A DNA stretch of 64,000 nucleotides from Acidobacteriota bacterium (GCA_050258415.1 JBLMYS010000147.1:3246-67245), one strand, 5' to 3'; positions 53,453 through 63,431 are shown, counted from the stretch's first letter. Made by a program: numbers and translations. Notes: generated from the sequence alone by a model not told the origin.

Positions 53453-54787
53453 ATGGCAAACAATAATAAACTATCACGAAAAATAATTGTAATTTCAGCG
53501 GTTTCGCTGCTCATAATTGCTGCGGTTTCCTACTACATTTTTGCTTCCGGAAAAAACGATAAGGACACATACAGGTTCGTAAAAGTACAAAAAGGAAGCA
53601 TCGAAGAACTGGTCTCCAGCACCGGCGTACTTAACCCCGTGGTGACAGTCCAGGTTGGCAGCCAGGTTTCAGGCACAATTTCAAAGATTTTTACCGACTT
53701 TAACCATAAGGTAAAAAAAGGCGACCTTATAGCACTGATAGATACCACCTTCCTTTCGGCTTCTGTGCGCGACGCACAGAGCAGCCTCGATAAGTCGCAG
53801 GCTCAGTTCACACAGGCGCAAAAGGACCTGGACCGCGTTAAAATTATGGTACAGAAAAATCTGGCGGCACAGACGGACCTTGAAACCGCACAGTATAACT
53901 ACGCCGTTGCACGGGCCGCGGTTAAATCCGCTCAGGCAAGCCTCGACAGGGCTAAAATCAACCTGAGATATGCTAAAATTACCGCTCCAATTAACGGGAC
54001 TGTTATAGCAAGAAACGTGGACGTTGGACAAACTGTGGCGGCTAGCCTCCAGGCTCCGACTCTCTTCCTTATTGCTAACGACCTCTCCCGTATGCAGATC
54101 ATCGCTAACGTGGATGAAAGCGATATAGGTCAGATCAAAGATGGACAGAATGTTACATTTACCGTCCAGGCATACCCCGATAAAACTTTTGATGGCCTGG
54201 TTCAGCAGATCAGGCTGCAGCCTACAACTATACAAAACGTTGTTAACTATTCGGTTGTCATTAACGTAAATAACGACGAGGGCTACTTAATGCCCGGCAT
54301 GACCGCAACAATCAACTTCCAGATCGCTAATGCCGACGATGTCCTTAAAGTACCTAACGCCGCTCTCCGCCTCAGGCCTACTCCTGAAATGATTGCACAG
54401 GTTAAGTCCTCCTTCAATCAGAACGGAAGGAAAGACTCTTCAGCCCTCAGGAACTCTAATGGCGGAAACTATACGGGGCAAAACCGTTTGGCACAAAATG
54501 GCGCCCAGCCCGGCAACGGACAGCTCTCCCAGGGGCAGAACGGGCAAAGACGCAATGGGGCACTCCTCTGGTACATTAACAGCCAGGGTAAACTCTCTGC
54601 CGTAAGAGTCCGCACGGGTCTTACAGACGGGCAGTTTACTGAGGTTAAATCGGATAAAATCTACGACGGGATGGATGTAATTTCCGGCATTGAAACTTCA
54701 GCTACCGCAAGTAACCAGACGCCACAGGGCAGCCCGTTCCAGCAGAACAGATCCATGGGCGGCGGCAGAAGAGGAGGAGGATTCTAA
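53453..54787 (+). CDS. MacA-like efflux periplasmic adaptor (HlyD family) with Gln/Gly/Asn-rich insert
   Basis: ATG 53453 is preferred over TTG 53447. TM anchor, coiled coil, ITAPINGTVIARNVDVGQTV. Low-complexity NGGNYTGQNRLAQNGAQPGNGQLSQGQNGQRRNG and a GGGRRGGGF tail. Confidence 0.8.
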   Translation: MANNNKLSRKIIVISAVSLLIIAAVSYYIFASGKNDKDTYRFVKVQKGSIEELVSSTGVLNPVVTVQVGSQVSGTISKIFTDFNHKVKKGDLIALIDTTFLSASVRDAQSSLDKSQAQFTQAQKDLDRVKIMVQKNLAAQTDLETAQYNYAVARAAVKSAQASLDRAKINLRYAKITAPINGTVIARNVDVGQTVAASLQAPTLFLIANDLSRMQIIANVDESDIGQIKDGQNVTFTVQAYPDKTFDGLVQQIRLQPTTIQNVVNYSVVINVNNDEGYLMPGMTATINFQIANADDVLKVPNAALRLRPTPEMIAQVKSSFNQNGRKDSSALRNSNGGNYTGQNRLAQNGAQPGNGQLSQGQNGQRRNGALLWYINSQGKLSAVRVRTGLTDGQFTEVKSDKIYDGMDVISGIETSATASNQTPQGSPFQQNRSMGGGRRGGGF

Positions 54788-54788
54788 A

Positions 54789-56006
54789 ATGAAATGGAGT
54801 GATTTTATTCAGGTCGCTATAAGCTCAATATTAAAGAATAAGATGCGCAGCCTTCTTACAATTCTGGGTATCATCATAGGCGTCGCGGCCGTTATTGTAA
54901 TGGTTGCAATCGGCCAGGGAGCTCAGCAAAGAGTCGAAAGCCAGATCGCGGGCCTCGGCACTAACCTTATAATCGTCTTCCCCGGCTCGGTGCGCACTGG
55001 AGGCGTCAGCATGGGAGGCGGCTCAAATACCCGCCTTACTCTGGATGACGTAGATAAGCTTAAGGCTAACACTACCCTTCTTGCAGGCATATCCCCCATC
55101 ATCAGAGCCCCAGGACAGGTAATAGGCGGCATAGGTAACTGGAATACCTCTACAATGGGCGTCTCTGCCGATTACCCCGAGATCAGACAGTGGACACTCT
55201 CCTCGGGCGACTTCTTTACTGTTAATGACGTCAGGACAAACGCCAAAGTCGCCGTCATCGGCCAGACAGTCGCACAAAACCTCTTCCCCGACCAGGACCC
55301 CGTTGGCCAGGAAATCCGGGTGCGCGAGGTCCCTTTTAAGATCATTGGTGTTATGGCAGCCAAGGGGCAGAATGCCATGGGGCAGGACCAGGATGACATC
55401 ATTCTTGCCCCGTATACAACAGTCCAGAACCGCCTGAGCGGATTTAAGAATATTCAGCAGATCCTCTGCAGCGCTGTCTCCCCTGATGCTATGGCGCAAG
55501 CACAGCAGGAAATTACTACCGTCCTGAGAGAGGCGCACAGGATTCAGCCGGGCGAGGATGATGATTTTACTGTCCGCAACCAGACAGATATCGCCAGTAC
55601 GGCACAGGAGACAACACGGGTCCTTACAATCCTCCTTGCCTCCATTGCAAGCGTTTCTATGGTCGTGGGTGGCATAGGCATTATGAATATTATGCTCGTC
55701 TCAGTTACAGAAAGAACACGCGAGATCGGTATAAGACGCGCCATCGGAGCAAAAGGAAGCGATATCTTAACCCAGTTCCTTTTCGAAGCCGTGGTCCTCA
55801 GCCTTGCTGGCGGCATACTAGGAGTCCTCTTCGGCTTTATTGCCACTCAGATCGTCAGTTTCTTCAGCGGATGGACAACAGTAATTTCACCTTTTACCGT
55901 ATTTATGTCATTCAGCTTTGCGGGCTTCGTCGGGATCTTCTTCGGATTCTACCCGGCGCGCAAGGCATCGGGACTTGTTATTATTGATGCCCTGCGTTAC
56001 GACTGA
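54789..56006 (+). CDS. MacB/FtsX-type ABC transporter permease (no ATPase domain)
   Basis: The track ORF 54690 is an in-frame upstream extension overlapping the adaptor gene. ATG 54789 (MKWSDFIQVAISSILKNKMRSLLTILGIIIGVAAV) is the canonical MacB_PCD/FtsX N-terminus. C-terminal FtsX helices with ERTREIGIRRAIGA. Confidence 0.85.
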   Translation: MKWSDFIQVAISSILKNKMRSLLTILGIIIGVAAVIVMVAIGQGAQQRVESQIAGLGTNLIIVFPGSVRTGGVSMGGGSNTRLTLDDVDKLKANTTLLAGISPIIRAPGQVIGGIGNWNTSTMGVSADYPEIRQWTLSSGDFFTVNDVRTNAKVAVIGQTVAQNLFPDQDPVGQEIRVREVPFKIIGVMAAKGQNAMGQDQDDIILAPYTTVQNRLSGFKNIQQILCSAVSPDAMAQAQQEITTVLREAHRIQPGEDDDFTVRNQTDIASTAQETTRVLTILLASIASVSMVVGGIGIMNIMLVSVTERTREIGIRRAIGAKGSDILTQFLFEAVVLSLAGGILGVLFGFIATQIVSFFSGWTTVISPFTVFMSFSFAGFVGIFFGFYPARKASGLVIIDALRYD

Positions 56007-56029
56007 TTTGCCGCTCATGTAATTTTTAT

Positions 56030-56104
56030 CTGCCCCGTGTGGCTTTTATAGTAAATTCTGGCTATGTTTTAGTTCAAAATTTACTATAAGAATCACCGGG
56101 GCAG
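56030..56104 (+). promoter_or_regulatory. Nested hairpin whose 3' arm abuts the M28 peptidase start codon
   Basis: Outer ctgccccg (56030-37) / cggggcag (56097-56104). Inner perfect 11-bp tatagtaaatt (56047-57) / aatttactata (56078-88). ATG at 56105. Confidence 0.45.
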
Positions 56105-57679
56105 ATGATGAAGAAACTTTCCTTTTTGCTTTTCCTTCCGCTGCTATTTTCCGGATGCAGCTCATCCGGCACTTCAGCCAGCGACACTATTGACCTGATT
56201 ACTCCTGATTTGATGAATAAACATATTTCTTTCCTTGCTTCAGACGAGCTGAAAGGACGGAAAACCCCAAGCGAGGATCTCGATAAGGCCGCCCACTATA
56301 TTGCTGATGAATTTAAGAACCTGGGACTTAAACCCGTAAACGGAAGCTATTTCCAGAGGGTGCACCTGGGGAGAGTAGACCTTGGCAAGAATAACAGCCT
56401 CGTCATTAAAAAAGACGGGAAAGAACGTTCCTTCAGCATTAAAACAGAATTCACTCCCTTTGAGATGACAGGCAATAAGGAAGTTTCCTCCTCGATAGTT
56501 TTTGCCGGATACGGCATTACCTCACCCGAACTGAAGTACGACGACTATAAGGATATTGACGTAAATGGTAAAATTGTTCTTCTGCTTCGCCATGCACCTG
56601 GTGAAAACGATACGGCTTCAGTCTTTTCTACCAAGACTGCCGAAGCCTACTCCCAGGGAAGTACAAAGGTTAAAAATGCCATTGAACACGGTGCTAAAGG
56701 GGTAATTCTCGTAACGGATCCCTTGAACCACTCGCTCCTTTCACCAAGAGGATTCCCCTGGCCCGCCCTCTCGGCCCTTATTCCCAAAGACGCTCTCCCC
56801 ATAGCACTTTTAAGTGAGGAAAAGGATAAAGTCCCTGTTGTCCAGGCGGGGAAGGAAGTAATTGACCTACTCTTCGGATCCCTAGACAGGCTTAAGGAAC
56901 TGCAGAAGGAAATTGACGCAAAGCTTACACCTAAATCCTTTGAAATTCCGGGTACTTCAGTATTCTTAAAAACAACGACAGATGTTATGGAAACCCCGGC
57001 AAGTAACGTCGTTGGACTCCTCGAAGGATCCGACCCTGCATTAAAGGATGAACTGGTAATTGCAGGAGCTCATTACGACCACGTCGGATACCGCAAAGAG
57101 CATAAAGAGGGTGAAGATTATATCTATAATGGCGCCGATGACAACGCCTCCGGCACAAGCGGCGTTATGGCCCTGGCCCGGGCTTTTTCTGCAATGAACC
57201 CTAAGCCTAAAAGAAGCATCCTTTTTATTGCTTTTGCCGGCGAGGAACTGGGACTTTTGGGCTCAAAGGCCTATACAGAAAACCCCCTCTTCCCCCTTGA
57301 GAAGACGGTTGCTATGCTGAACATGGATATGATCGGCCGTAACGACCCCGATTCCCTCTTTATTATAGGCTCTTCGGTCTGCCCGGAATTAAGCCGGATA
57401 AATAAAGAAGAAAATATTAAGATTGGCTTTAAGCTCGGCTACACTTTGGAGAAGTTCCTCGGCGCCAGCGATCAGGAATCCTTTATCGAAAAGGGCGTTC
57501 CTTCCATATTCTATAATACAGGAGAAACCAAAGACTATCATACTGTCCGCGATGAAGTAAGCACCATAAATATGATTAAAGCCGCACGGGTTGTAAGACT
57601 TGTATTCCTTACCGCTCTCAGAATTTCCGAAGACGGTCAGTACAACAGAACTTTTTATCAACCAATTTCACACAAATAA
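56105..57679 (+). CDS. M28-family aminopeptidase with PA domain, probable lipoprotein
   Basis: 524 aa. LLFSGCSS lipobox. AGAHYDHVGY, GADDNASGTSGVMALARAF, FIAFAGEELGLLGS are metal-ligand motifs of M28. Confidence 0.85.
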   Translation: MMKKLSFLLFLPLLFSGCSSSGTSASDTIDLITPDLMNKHISFLASDELKGRKTPSEDLDKAAHYIADEFKNLGLKPVNGSYFQRVHLGRVDLGKNNSLVIKKDGKERSFSIKTEFTPFEMTGNKEVSSSIVFAGYGITSPELKYDDYKDIDVNGKIVLLLRHAPGENDTASVFSTKTAEAYSQGSTKVKNAIEHGAKGVILVTDPLNHSLLSPRGFPWPALSALIPKDALPIALLSEEKDKVPVVQAGKEVIDLLFGSLDRLKELQKEIDAKLTPKSFEIPGTSVFLKTTTDVMETPASNVVGLLEGSDPALKDELVIAGAHYDHVGYRKEHKEGEDYIYNGADDNASGTSGVMALARAFSAMNPKPKRSILFIAFAGEELGLLGSKAYTENPLFPLEKTVAMLNMDMIGRNDPDSLFIIGSSVCPELSRINKEENIKIGFKLGYTLEKFLGASDQESFIEKGVPSIFYNTGETKDYHTVRDEVSTINMIKAARVVRLVFLTALRISEDGQYNRTFYQPISHK

Positions 57680-57689
57680 AGGAGTCAGT

Positions 57690-58529
57690 ATGAAAAGGGC
57701 CTTGCCTTTTATTCTTTTCACGTTTTTTGCTTTAAACCTTCTTACGGGCAGCCTCGGCGCCCAGGAAAGCTATAAACTGAAGTACAACTTCCAGAAGGGG
57801 AAAACTTATCTTTTCATGAATACCATGGGAGGAAACGTTACCCAGGAAGCGATGGGCCGCGAAATAAAAATCACACTCGACGGCGATTACAGAGTAAGAG
57901 TGGTTGTAGATGATGTTAAAGGCAGTAAAGCCGAACTCATCGCTTCGCTCGACTCAGGGAAAATTTCCACGAAAAACCCCATGAGAGATACTACCATCTC
58001 CCTGGCTCCCTTTGCCGGAAAAAAAACCCGCCTTACACTGCTTCAGAACGGGACGGTTGAGAAGACAAACGTTATTGATTCCGTGAAAATGTTCAATGTT
58101 CAGTGGATTACACAGAACAACCTCATCCGTTTTGTTAAGCTTCCGGATGAGGAAATTAAGGCAGGTGCCCCATGGTCAGTTACAACCACCGATACCATGG
58201 ATATGATGGGCGCCGGGAAAGTACTCAATACAATAAACTCAACTTATACTATAGTTGGGAAGGAAAAAGTTCAGGGACACGACTGCCTGAAGATCACCTA
58301 TACGGGTGACGTAAAAAACAGCGGTCAGGCTCAGATACAGGGAATGAATCTGGTAATTGAAGGTACCGGGAAGATCTCCGGCAACCTCTACTTCGATCCC
58401 AAAATGGGAATGGCAATTAAGAACGAAGGGGACATGGATAACGATATGACCATGGCAGTCACAGGCCAGCAGAATATGATAATTCCGGTTTCACAGTCGA
58501 TGAAAACTTCCACGTCATTGGTTGAATAG
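57690..58529 (+). CDS. Secreted hypothetical protein
   Basis: ATG 57690 (MKRALPFILFTFFALNLLTGSLGAQ) is preceded by AAAGGAG. The track extension from 57600 overlaps the peptidase gene. No motif recognised. Confidence 0.6.
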   Translation: MKRALPFILFTFFALNLLTGSLGAQESYKLKYNFQKGKTYLFMNTMGGNVTQEAMGREIKITLDGDYRVRVVVDDVKGSKAELIASLDSGKISTKNPMRDTTISLAPFAGKKTRLTLLQNGTVEKTNVIDSVKMFNVQWITQNNLIRFVKLPDEEIKAGAPWSVTTTDTMDMMGAGKVLNTINSTYTIVGKEKVQGHDCLKITYTGDVKNSGQAQIQGMNLVIEGTGKISGNLYFDPKMGMAIKNEGDMDNDMTMAVTGQQNMIIPVSQSMKTSTSLVE

Positions 58530-58549
58530 TCTTAAGCTCAGCTTCCTTT

Positions 58550-58589
58550 AAAAAGAGAAAAACCTGCCGCAAGGCAGGTTTTCTTTTTT
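58550..58589. terminator. Bidirectional intrinsic terminator between 57690-58529 (+) and rlpA (-)
   Basis: acctgcc gcaa ggcaggt hairpin flanked by an A-rich run upstream and ttttctttttt downstream. Confidence 0.85.
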
Positions 58590-58614
58590 ATATTCTTTTA
58601 TTATATTCAGGTTT

Positions 58615-59121
58615 CTAGTTCAAAGCCAGCAGAGGTTTATTTTCGTCGGCTAAGGCTATTTCTTCAACCTTCAGCTTCAGGACTCCGGGCTTTATTATAC
58701 CCAAAGCCAGTGCAGCACCTTTGGAAAGGTCGAGTTGTCTGCCGCCAATATAAGGGCCTCTGTCATTAATTCTTACAATAACCGACTTGTCGTTTTTGGG
58801 GTTTGTAAGTTTTAAGAGCGTCCCAAACTTAAAAGACTTATGGGCGGCGGTAAAAGCCATCTGGTTATATATTTCACCGTTGGCTGTCAGTTTGCCATGA
58901 AACCTTGGTCCGTACCAGGAGGCGGTCATTCTTCCTTTGTCCAAGAACTGAATAAAAGAACTCTCTTGCTTTACAGCTGTTTGATTCTGCGTTGTGTTAC
59001 TTAATTCTTTTATTCCAGCACTCTGACCGGTTTTGTTATCCCCGAGTTCCTTCTGAATTATGGTAAATCCGACCAACAGCAACATGACCAACAATACTAA
59101 TGCTTTAGTTATCGATGTCAA
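58615..59121 (-). CDS. rlpA: RlpA-family septal ring lytic transglycosylase-like protein (DPBB domain)
   Basis: 168 aa with a TTG start and GAGAGG 6 nt upstream. ASWYGPRFHGKLTANGEIYNQMAFTAAHKSFKFGTLLKLTN..VIVRINDRGPY is the RlpA double-psi beta-barrel signature. Confidence 0.8.
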   Translation of the reverse strand: MTSITKALVLLVMLLLVGFTIIQKELGDNKTGQSAGIKELSNTTQNQTAVKQESSFIQFLDKGRMTASWYGPRFHGKLTANGEIYNQMAFTAAHKSFKFGTLLKLTNPKNDKSVIVRINDRGPYIGGRQLDLSKGAALALGIIKPGVLKLKVEEIALADENKPLLALN

Positions 59122-59398
59122 ATGTACCTCTCATCTCTAGTGAATTAATATCATCTACTATAAATAAACGGCATTTGTACCCGTCTTACAATCATATAGT
59201 ATATGTGAAAGGGAGGCGGACTGTTTCCGGAATGTTCGACTTTTTTCGTGCACTTATTCGAATTTTCCGGATTTTTCAAAAAAAATTAAATTTTTTTGTA
59301 CATCTTTTAGTATTTATTTTTGATATTATTTAATTAGACCCGTTTAGGAACCTGTCCCCTTCCCTTCCCAAATATGTATCTATATATATGAGCTGAAT

Positions 59399-59427
59399 TT
59401 TGACGAAATAAGATTAATGTATCTTTG
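59399..59427 (+). promoter_or_regulatory. Bacteroidetes-type promoter candidate: TTTG - 17 nt - TATCTTTG
   Basis: TTTG 59399-59402 and TAnnTTTG match 59420-59427. Lies 56 nt upstream of GT2 ATG 59483. Confidence 0.45.
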
Positions 59428-59482
59428 ATTTATTTTCCTTAAATTATCCGGCAGCAAATATCATTTTATTAACGGAGAATTG

Positions 59483-60940
59483 ATGGAAAGGAAAATCACA
59501 GCCTTCATCCCCTATAGCGGTAATGATTTTACCAGGAAGACAGTCTCAGAACTTTATAATTCGGGACTGGTGGACAAGTGCTATTTAATCGTAACCACCG
59601 ATGTCGAAGAGAACATCGAGGGATGCGAAAAACTTAAGGTTGAATCTCTTTTCAGCAGTGAAACTGTTTCACAGCTTAAGGAGAAATCAAATGCTGACTA
59701 TACTCTCTTTATTACTCAGGATAACCTGATAGAATTCGGCCAGTTCGGAATTGAAAGGTTCCTCCACGTGGCTGAGGATACAGGAGCAGGACTGGTCTAT
59801 TCAGATTACTATGAAGTTAAGGAAGGATCGAGAACCGCTCACCCGGTTATAGATTACCAGGTTGGAAGCATCAGGGACGATTTTAATTTTGGTTATGTAT
59901 ATTTCTTTAACACTGCAGCCTTAAAACAGGCTTTCAAAAAAACAAAATTCTTATACGCAGGCCTTTACGACCTGAGACTTAAGATTTCACAGAAAAACTC
60001 AATTGTCCGCGTACCTGAATTCCTTTATGCTACAATTGAAACCGACGTCCGTAAAACCGGTGAAAAACAGTTCGATTATGTCAACCCCAGAAACCGCAGC
60101 GTACAGATCGAAATGGAAATTGCAGCTACAGACCATCTTAAGAAGGTTAAGGCTTACCTCAAACCGGAATTTAAGCAGATCGACCTTACTGCCGGAAATT
60201 TTGAATTTGAAGCCTCAGTTATTATCCCGGTCAAAAACAGGGCTAAGACTATAGGCGATGCCGTTGAATCTGTCCTCAGACAGAAAACGGACTTCCCTTT
60301 CAACCTGATCGTAGTCGATAACCATTCAAATGACGGTACAACAGAAGTCTTAAAGGAAGTTGCCGCAAAAGACAACAGGCTTATTCACGTCATCCCTGAA
60401 AGAGAGGACCTCGGTATAGGCGGATGCTGGAACCTGGGCGCACATAATGAGAAATGCGGACGCTTTGCCATTCAGCTCGACAGCGACGATATGTATAAAG
60501 ATGAAACAACAGTTCAGAGAGTTGTAGATAAGTTCAGGGAAGAAAAATGCGCTATGGTTATCGGAAGCTATCAGATGACCAACTTTAAGCTCGAGGAAAT
60601 TCCTCCCGGAATCATTGACCATAAGGAATGGACCCCTGAGAATGGACGCAATAACGCCCTCAGAATTAACGGCCTTGGCGCACCCAGAGCCTTCTATACC
60701 CCGCTTTTAAGGGAAATTAAGGTTCCTAACGTCAGCTACGGCGAAGATTATGCTCTTGGACTCGCAATCTCAAGGGACTACCAGATCGGCAGGATCTATG
60801 AACCAATCTACCTCTGCCGCCGCTGGGAAGGTAACTCAGATGCAGCCCTGGACATTGCAAAGGCTAACACCTATAACGTTTATAAAGACAGAATCAGAAC
60901 CATTGAACTTTTAGCACGTCAGAGAAAAAATTCCTTATGA
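59483..60940 (+). CDS. Two-domain glycosyltransferase: unknown N-terminal domain plus family 2 GT domain
   Basis: 485 aa from ATG 59483. The C-terminal half has [37 protein letters not shown] and QLDSDD (GT2 DXD region). Confidence 0.75.
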   Translation: MERKITAFIPYSGNDFTRKTVSELYNSGLVDKCYLIVTTDVEENIEGCEKLKVESLFSSETVSQLKEKSNADYTLFITQDNLIEFGQFGIERFLHVAEDTGAGLVYSDYYEVKEGSRTAHPVIDYQVGSIRDDFNFGYVYFFNTAALKQAFKKTKFLYAGLYDLRLKISQKNSIVRVPEFLYATIETDVRKTGEKQFDYVNPRNRSVQIEMEIAATDHLKKVKAYLKPEFKQIDLTAGNFEFEASVIIPVKNRAKTIGDAVESVLRQKTDFPFNLIVVDNHSNDGTTEVLKEVAAKDNRLIHVIPEREDLGIGGCWNLGAHNEKCGRFAIQLDSDDMYKDETTVQRVVDKFREEKCAMVIGSYQMTNFKLEEIPPGIIDHKEWTPENGRNNALRINGLGAPRAFYTPLLREIKVPNVSYGEDYALGLAISRDYQIGRIYEPIYLCRRWEGNSDAALDIAKANTYNVYKDRIRTIELLARQRKNSL

Positions 60941-61950
60941 GAGAAACGACTATAATTAAAGATTCCGAATTAAAACCATATATTTTATCAGATGATCTGG
61001 CAGGCAAAGCGAAAGCTTTGCTTGTCCAGCAGAAAGAAAGCTGGGAACTGTTAACTAAAGGCTATAGCAGCCTCGATAGCGTTGAAGTCAAAACATTCGA
61101 ATTCGATCATTTCAAAATAAAGGTCCAGTTCAACCCGGGAAGAATAGTTTCATCTGCGGCCAAAGTGGATGAAAAGTCGATTAAGGAAAGAAAATGTTTC
61201 CTTTGTCCCGATAACCTCCCCGAGGCCCAGAAAGGGATTCTTTATAAAGATGATTATATTGTACTCTGCAACCCGTTCCCGATCTTCAATGAGCATTTTA
61301 CACTTCCTAAGACAAACCATGTCCCTCAGGAGATAAAAAGCTCATTTCCGGAACTCTTAGATTTCACGAAGGATCTTAGCCGTTATTATACTGTTTTCTA
61401 TAACGGCCCAAAGTGCGGCGCCTCGGCTCCCGACCACCTTCACTTCCAGGCTGGCGATAAGGCTTTTATGCCTATAGACAGCGAGTACACTGAAATCAAG
61501 GAGAACTTAGGGCGTAAGATCGTTGACTGCAATGACTTACAGGTTTATGCCGTTGATAAGTACCTCGGGAAATTTCTTTCTTTTGAGTCCTCAAATCCTG
61601 AAGCTCTAATTGAAGCCTTCAACCATTTTTACGATACTTTCAAGGAAGTCTCCAATAACGGCACTGAAGAGCCTATGATGAACATTCTTTCTTTCTATGA
61701 AAGTGGCAAGTGGCACGTTCTGGTATTCCCAAGAGCCAAGCACCGACCGAGCTATTTCTTCATGGAAGGGGATGAGAACATACTCTTAAGCCCGGCATCT
61801 GTGGATATGGGTGGAGTGCTTATTACTCCGCTCGAAAAGGATTTCAAAAAGATCACAAAAGAAAATATTGTGGATATATTCCGTCAGGTAACCCTCTCGG
61901 ATGAGACATTTGAATACATTTCAGGCAAACTAGCCAAAATATATTCTTAA
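60937..61950 (+). CDS. HIT-superfamily-like protein (GalT / GDP-L-galactose phosphorylase branch, DUF4922-like)
   Basis: 337 aa. The ATGA overlap with the GT2 stop implies translational coupling. [17 protein letters not shown] contains the H-x-H-x-Q motif of the GalT-like branch of HIT proteins. The family call is by motif only. Confidence 0.5.
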   Translation: MRETTIIKDSELKPYILSDDLAGKAKALLVQQKESWELLTKGYSSLDSVEVKTFEFDHFKIKVQFNPGRIVSSAAKVDEKSIKERKCFLCPDNLPEAQKGILYKDDYIVLCNPFPIFNEHFTLPKTNHVPQEIKSSFPELLDFTKDLSRYYTVFYNGPKCGASAPDHLHFQAGDKAFMPIDSEYTEIKENLGRKIVDCNDLQVYAVDKYLGKFLSFESSNPEALIEAFNHFYDTFKEVSNNGTEEPMMNILSFYESGKWHVLVFPRAKHRPSYFFMEGDENILLSPASVDMGGVLITPLEKDFKKITKENIVDIFRQVTLSDETFEYISGKLAKIYS

Positions 61951-61962
61951 TTTCTTTTAATC

Positions 61963-61982
61963 GGGCGCGCCGCCGCGCGCCC
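61963..61982. terminator. 8-bp all-GC hairpin between convergent genes (no U-tract)
   Basis: gggcgcgc cgcc gcgcgccc. Confidence 0.4.
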
Positions 61983-62005
61983 CTACAATTCTTAACCTCG
62001 GACTA

Positions 62006-63391
62006 TTACTCCTGCTCTTCGTACGAAATATTATATTTTTCCATAAACCTGTAAACCGTAGCGCGGCCAATTTCCAGCTTCCTGGCTACTTCAACTATAT
62101 TACCGTTTGTAACCTTAAGCGCGTGCCTTATGGCCTCTTCCTTTAATTTATCAAAAGGAATTATCTGGTCGTCCGAGAAAATGGGCCCCGATAACGGCAG
62201 AGCCATGTTACTCTCTGAGGCCCTGATGTTTGGCGGAAGGTCAATTATATCCATCGTATCGGTCTCAGATATAATTATGCACCTTTCAATTGTATTTTCC
62301 AGCTCGCGCACGTTGCCCGGCCAGTTGTAATCGTAAAGCGTCTTAAGCGCCCGCCTTGTAAAACCCTTGCTCTGACGTCCGAGCTTATCGTTGAATTTCT
62401 TTATGAAGTGATCTACAAGCGTAATTATGTCGCTCCTTCTTTCTCTTAAAGGAGGAATAACAATCGGGAAGGAATTGAGTCTGTAGAACAGGTCCTCTCG
62501 GAACTCCCTTTTTTCAACCGCGGCACTAAGGTCCACGTTCGTAGCCGAAATGATCCTGACGTCTGTCTTAATTACCTCGGTACCACCCACCCTTTCAAGC
62601 TCCTTCTGCTGAATGACCCTTAATATCTTTGCCTGGAGCGACATCTGCATCTCGCCAATTTCATCCAGGAATATTGTACCCTCGCTTGCCATTTCAAACT
62701 TTCCGATTTTTCTCTGGTAGGCACCCGTGAATGAGCCCTTTTCATGCCCGAATAGCTCGCTTTCCAATAACTCCCTAGGAATTGAGGCGCAGTTCACTAC
62801 AACAAAAGGCTTGTCTTTTCTTATTCCGTTATAATGTATTGCCCTTGCAATAAGCTCTTTTCCGGTGCCGCTTTCGCCGTGAATAAGAACCGTTATGTCA
62901 TTATCCAGCACTTTCGAGACCATCCTGAAAACGTCCTGCATCTTCGTGTCGGAAGATATAATATTCTCGAAACTGTACTGCTTCTTTACGTCTTCCTTGA
63001 GAAGCGTAAGCTCGCGATGAAGCTCATAGTTCCTGATGGCGTTCTTAACGGCTGGTTCCAGGCGCTGTGTATCTATAGGCTTCGGGAAATAATCGAACGC
63101 CCCAAGGCGCAAGGCTTCCACTGCAACCTCAATGCTCCCCTGCGCCGAAAGCATTATAACCGGCAGATTTTCATTGAACTGCTTTACCCTTTTTAAGATC
63201 TCTATGCCGTCAATATCAGGAAGCATAATATCAAGTAAAATGAGGTCGGGACTTACCACAGAGAGCCTTTTGAGCATATCCTGACCATTTTCAAAGACTT
63301 CTGTCTTGTATTTCCATTTGTCTTTGACCCAGTATGTCAGGAGCTTTGAGATTGCCTTTTCATCGTCAACTATAAATACCAGTTTTTCCAA
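62006..63391 (-). CDS. NtrC-family sigma54-dependent response regulator (REC + AAA+ + Fis-type HTH)
   Basis: 461 aa with a TTG start after GAGGAAAAA. LILLDIMLPDIDG. GESGTGKELIARAIH. ELFGHEKGSFTGA (GAFTGA variant). GNIVEVARKLEIGRATVYRFMEKY. Confidence 0.9.
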   Translation of the reverse strand: MEKLVFIVDDEKAISKLLTYWVKDKWKYKTEVFENGQDMLKRLSVVSPDLILLDIMLPDIDGIEILKRVKQFNENLPVIMLSAQGSIEVAVEALRLGAFDYFPKPIDTQRLEPAVKNAIRNYELHRELTLLKEDVKKQYSFENIISSDTKMQDVFRMVSKVLDNDITVLIHGESGTGKELIARAIHYNGIRKDKPFVVVNCASIPRELLESELFGHEKGSFTGAYQRKIGKFEMASEGTIFLDEIGEMQMSLQAKILRVIQQKELERVGGTEVIKTDVRIISATNVDLSAAVEKREFREDLFYRLNSFPIVIPPLRERRSDIITLVDHFIKKFNDKLGRQSKGFTRRALKTLYDYNWPGNVRELENTIERCIIISETDTMDIIDLPPNIRASESNMALPLSGPIFSDDQIIPFDKLKEEAIRHALKVTNGNIVEVARKLEIGRATVYRFMEKYNISYEEQE

Positions 63392-63401
63392 TTTTTCCTC
63401 A

Positions 63402-63431
63402 GTTAGTTACTCTTTGGTTAGTTACTCTTTG
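63402..63431 (-). repeat. Perfect 15-nt tandem duplication spanning the kinase stop codon
   Basis: gttagttactctttg x2 (63402-16 and 63417-31). The second copy holds the real stop (63418-20). The first copy forms most of the 26-nt spacer before the NtrC-like TTG start at 63391. Confidence 0.9.

Noticed and set aside
59224-59273. Two TTTCCGGAAT/TTTCCGGATT copies 40 nt apart in the rlpA/GT2 divergent region.
   Set aside because: The motifs are short (palindromic TTCCGGAA core) with only two copies and no supporting context. It could be a regulator site but cannot be distinguished from chance by eye.
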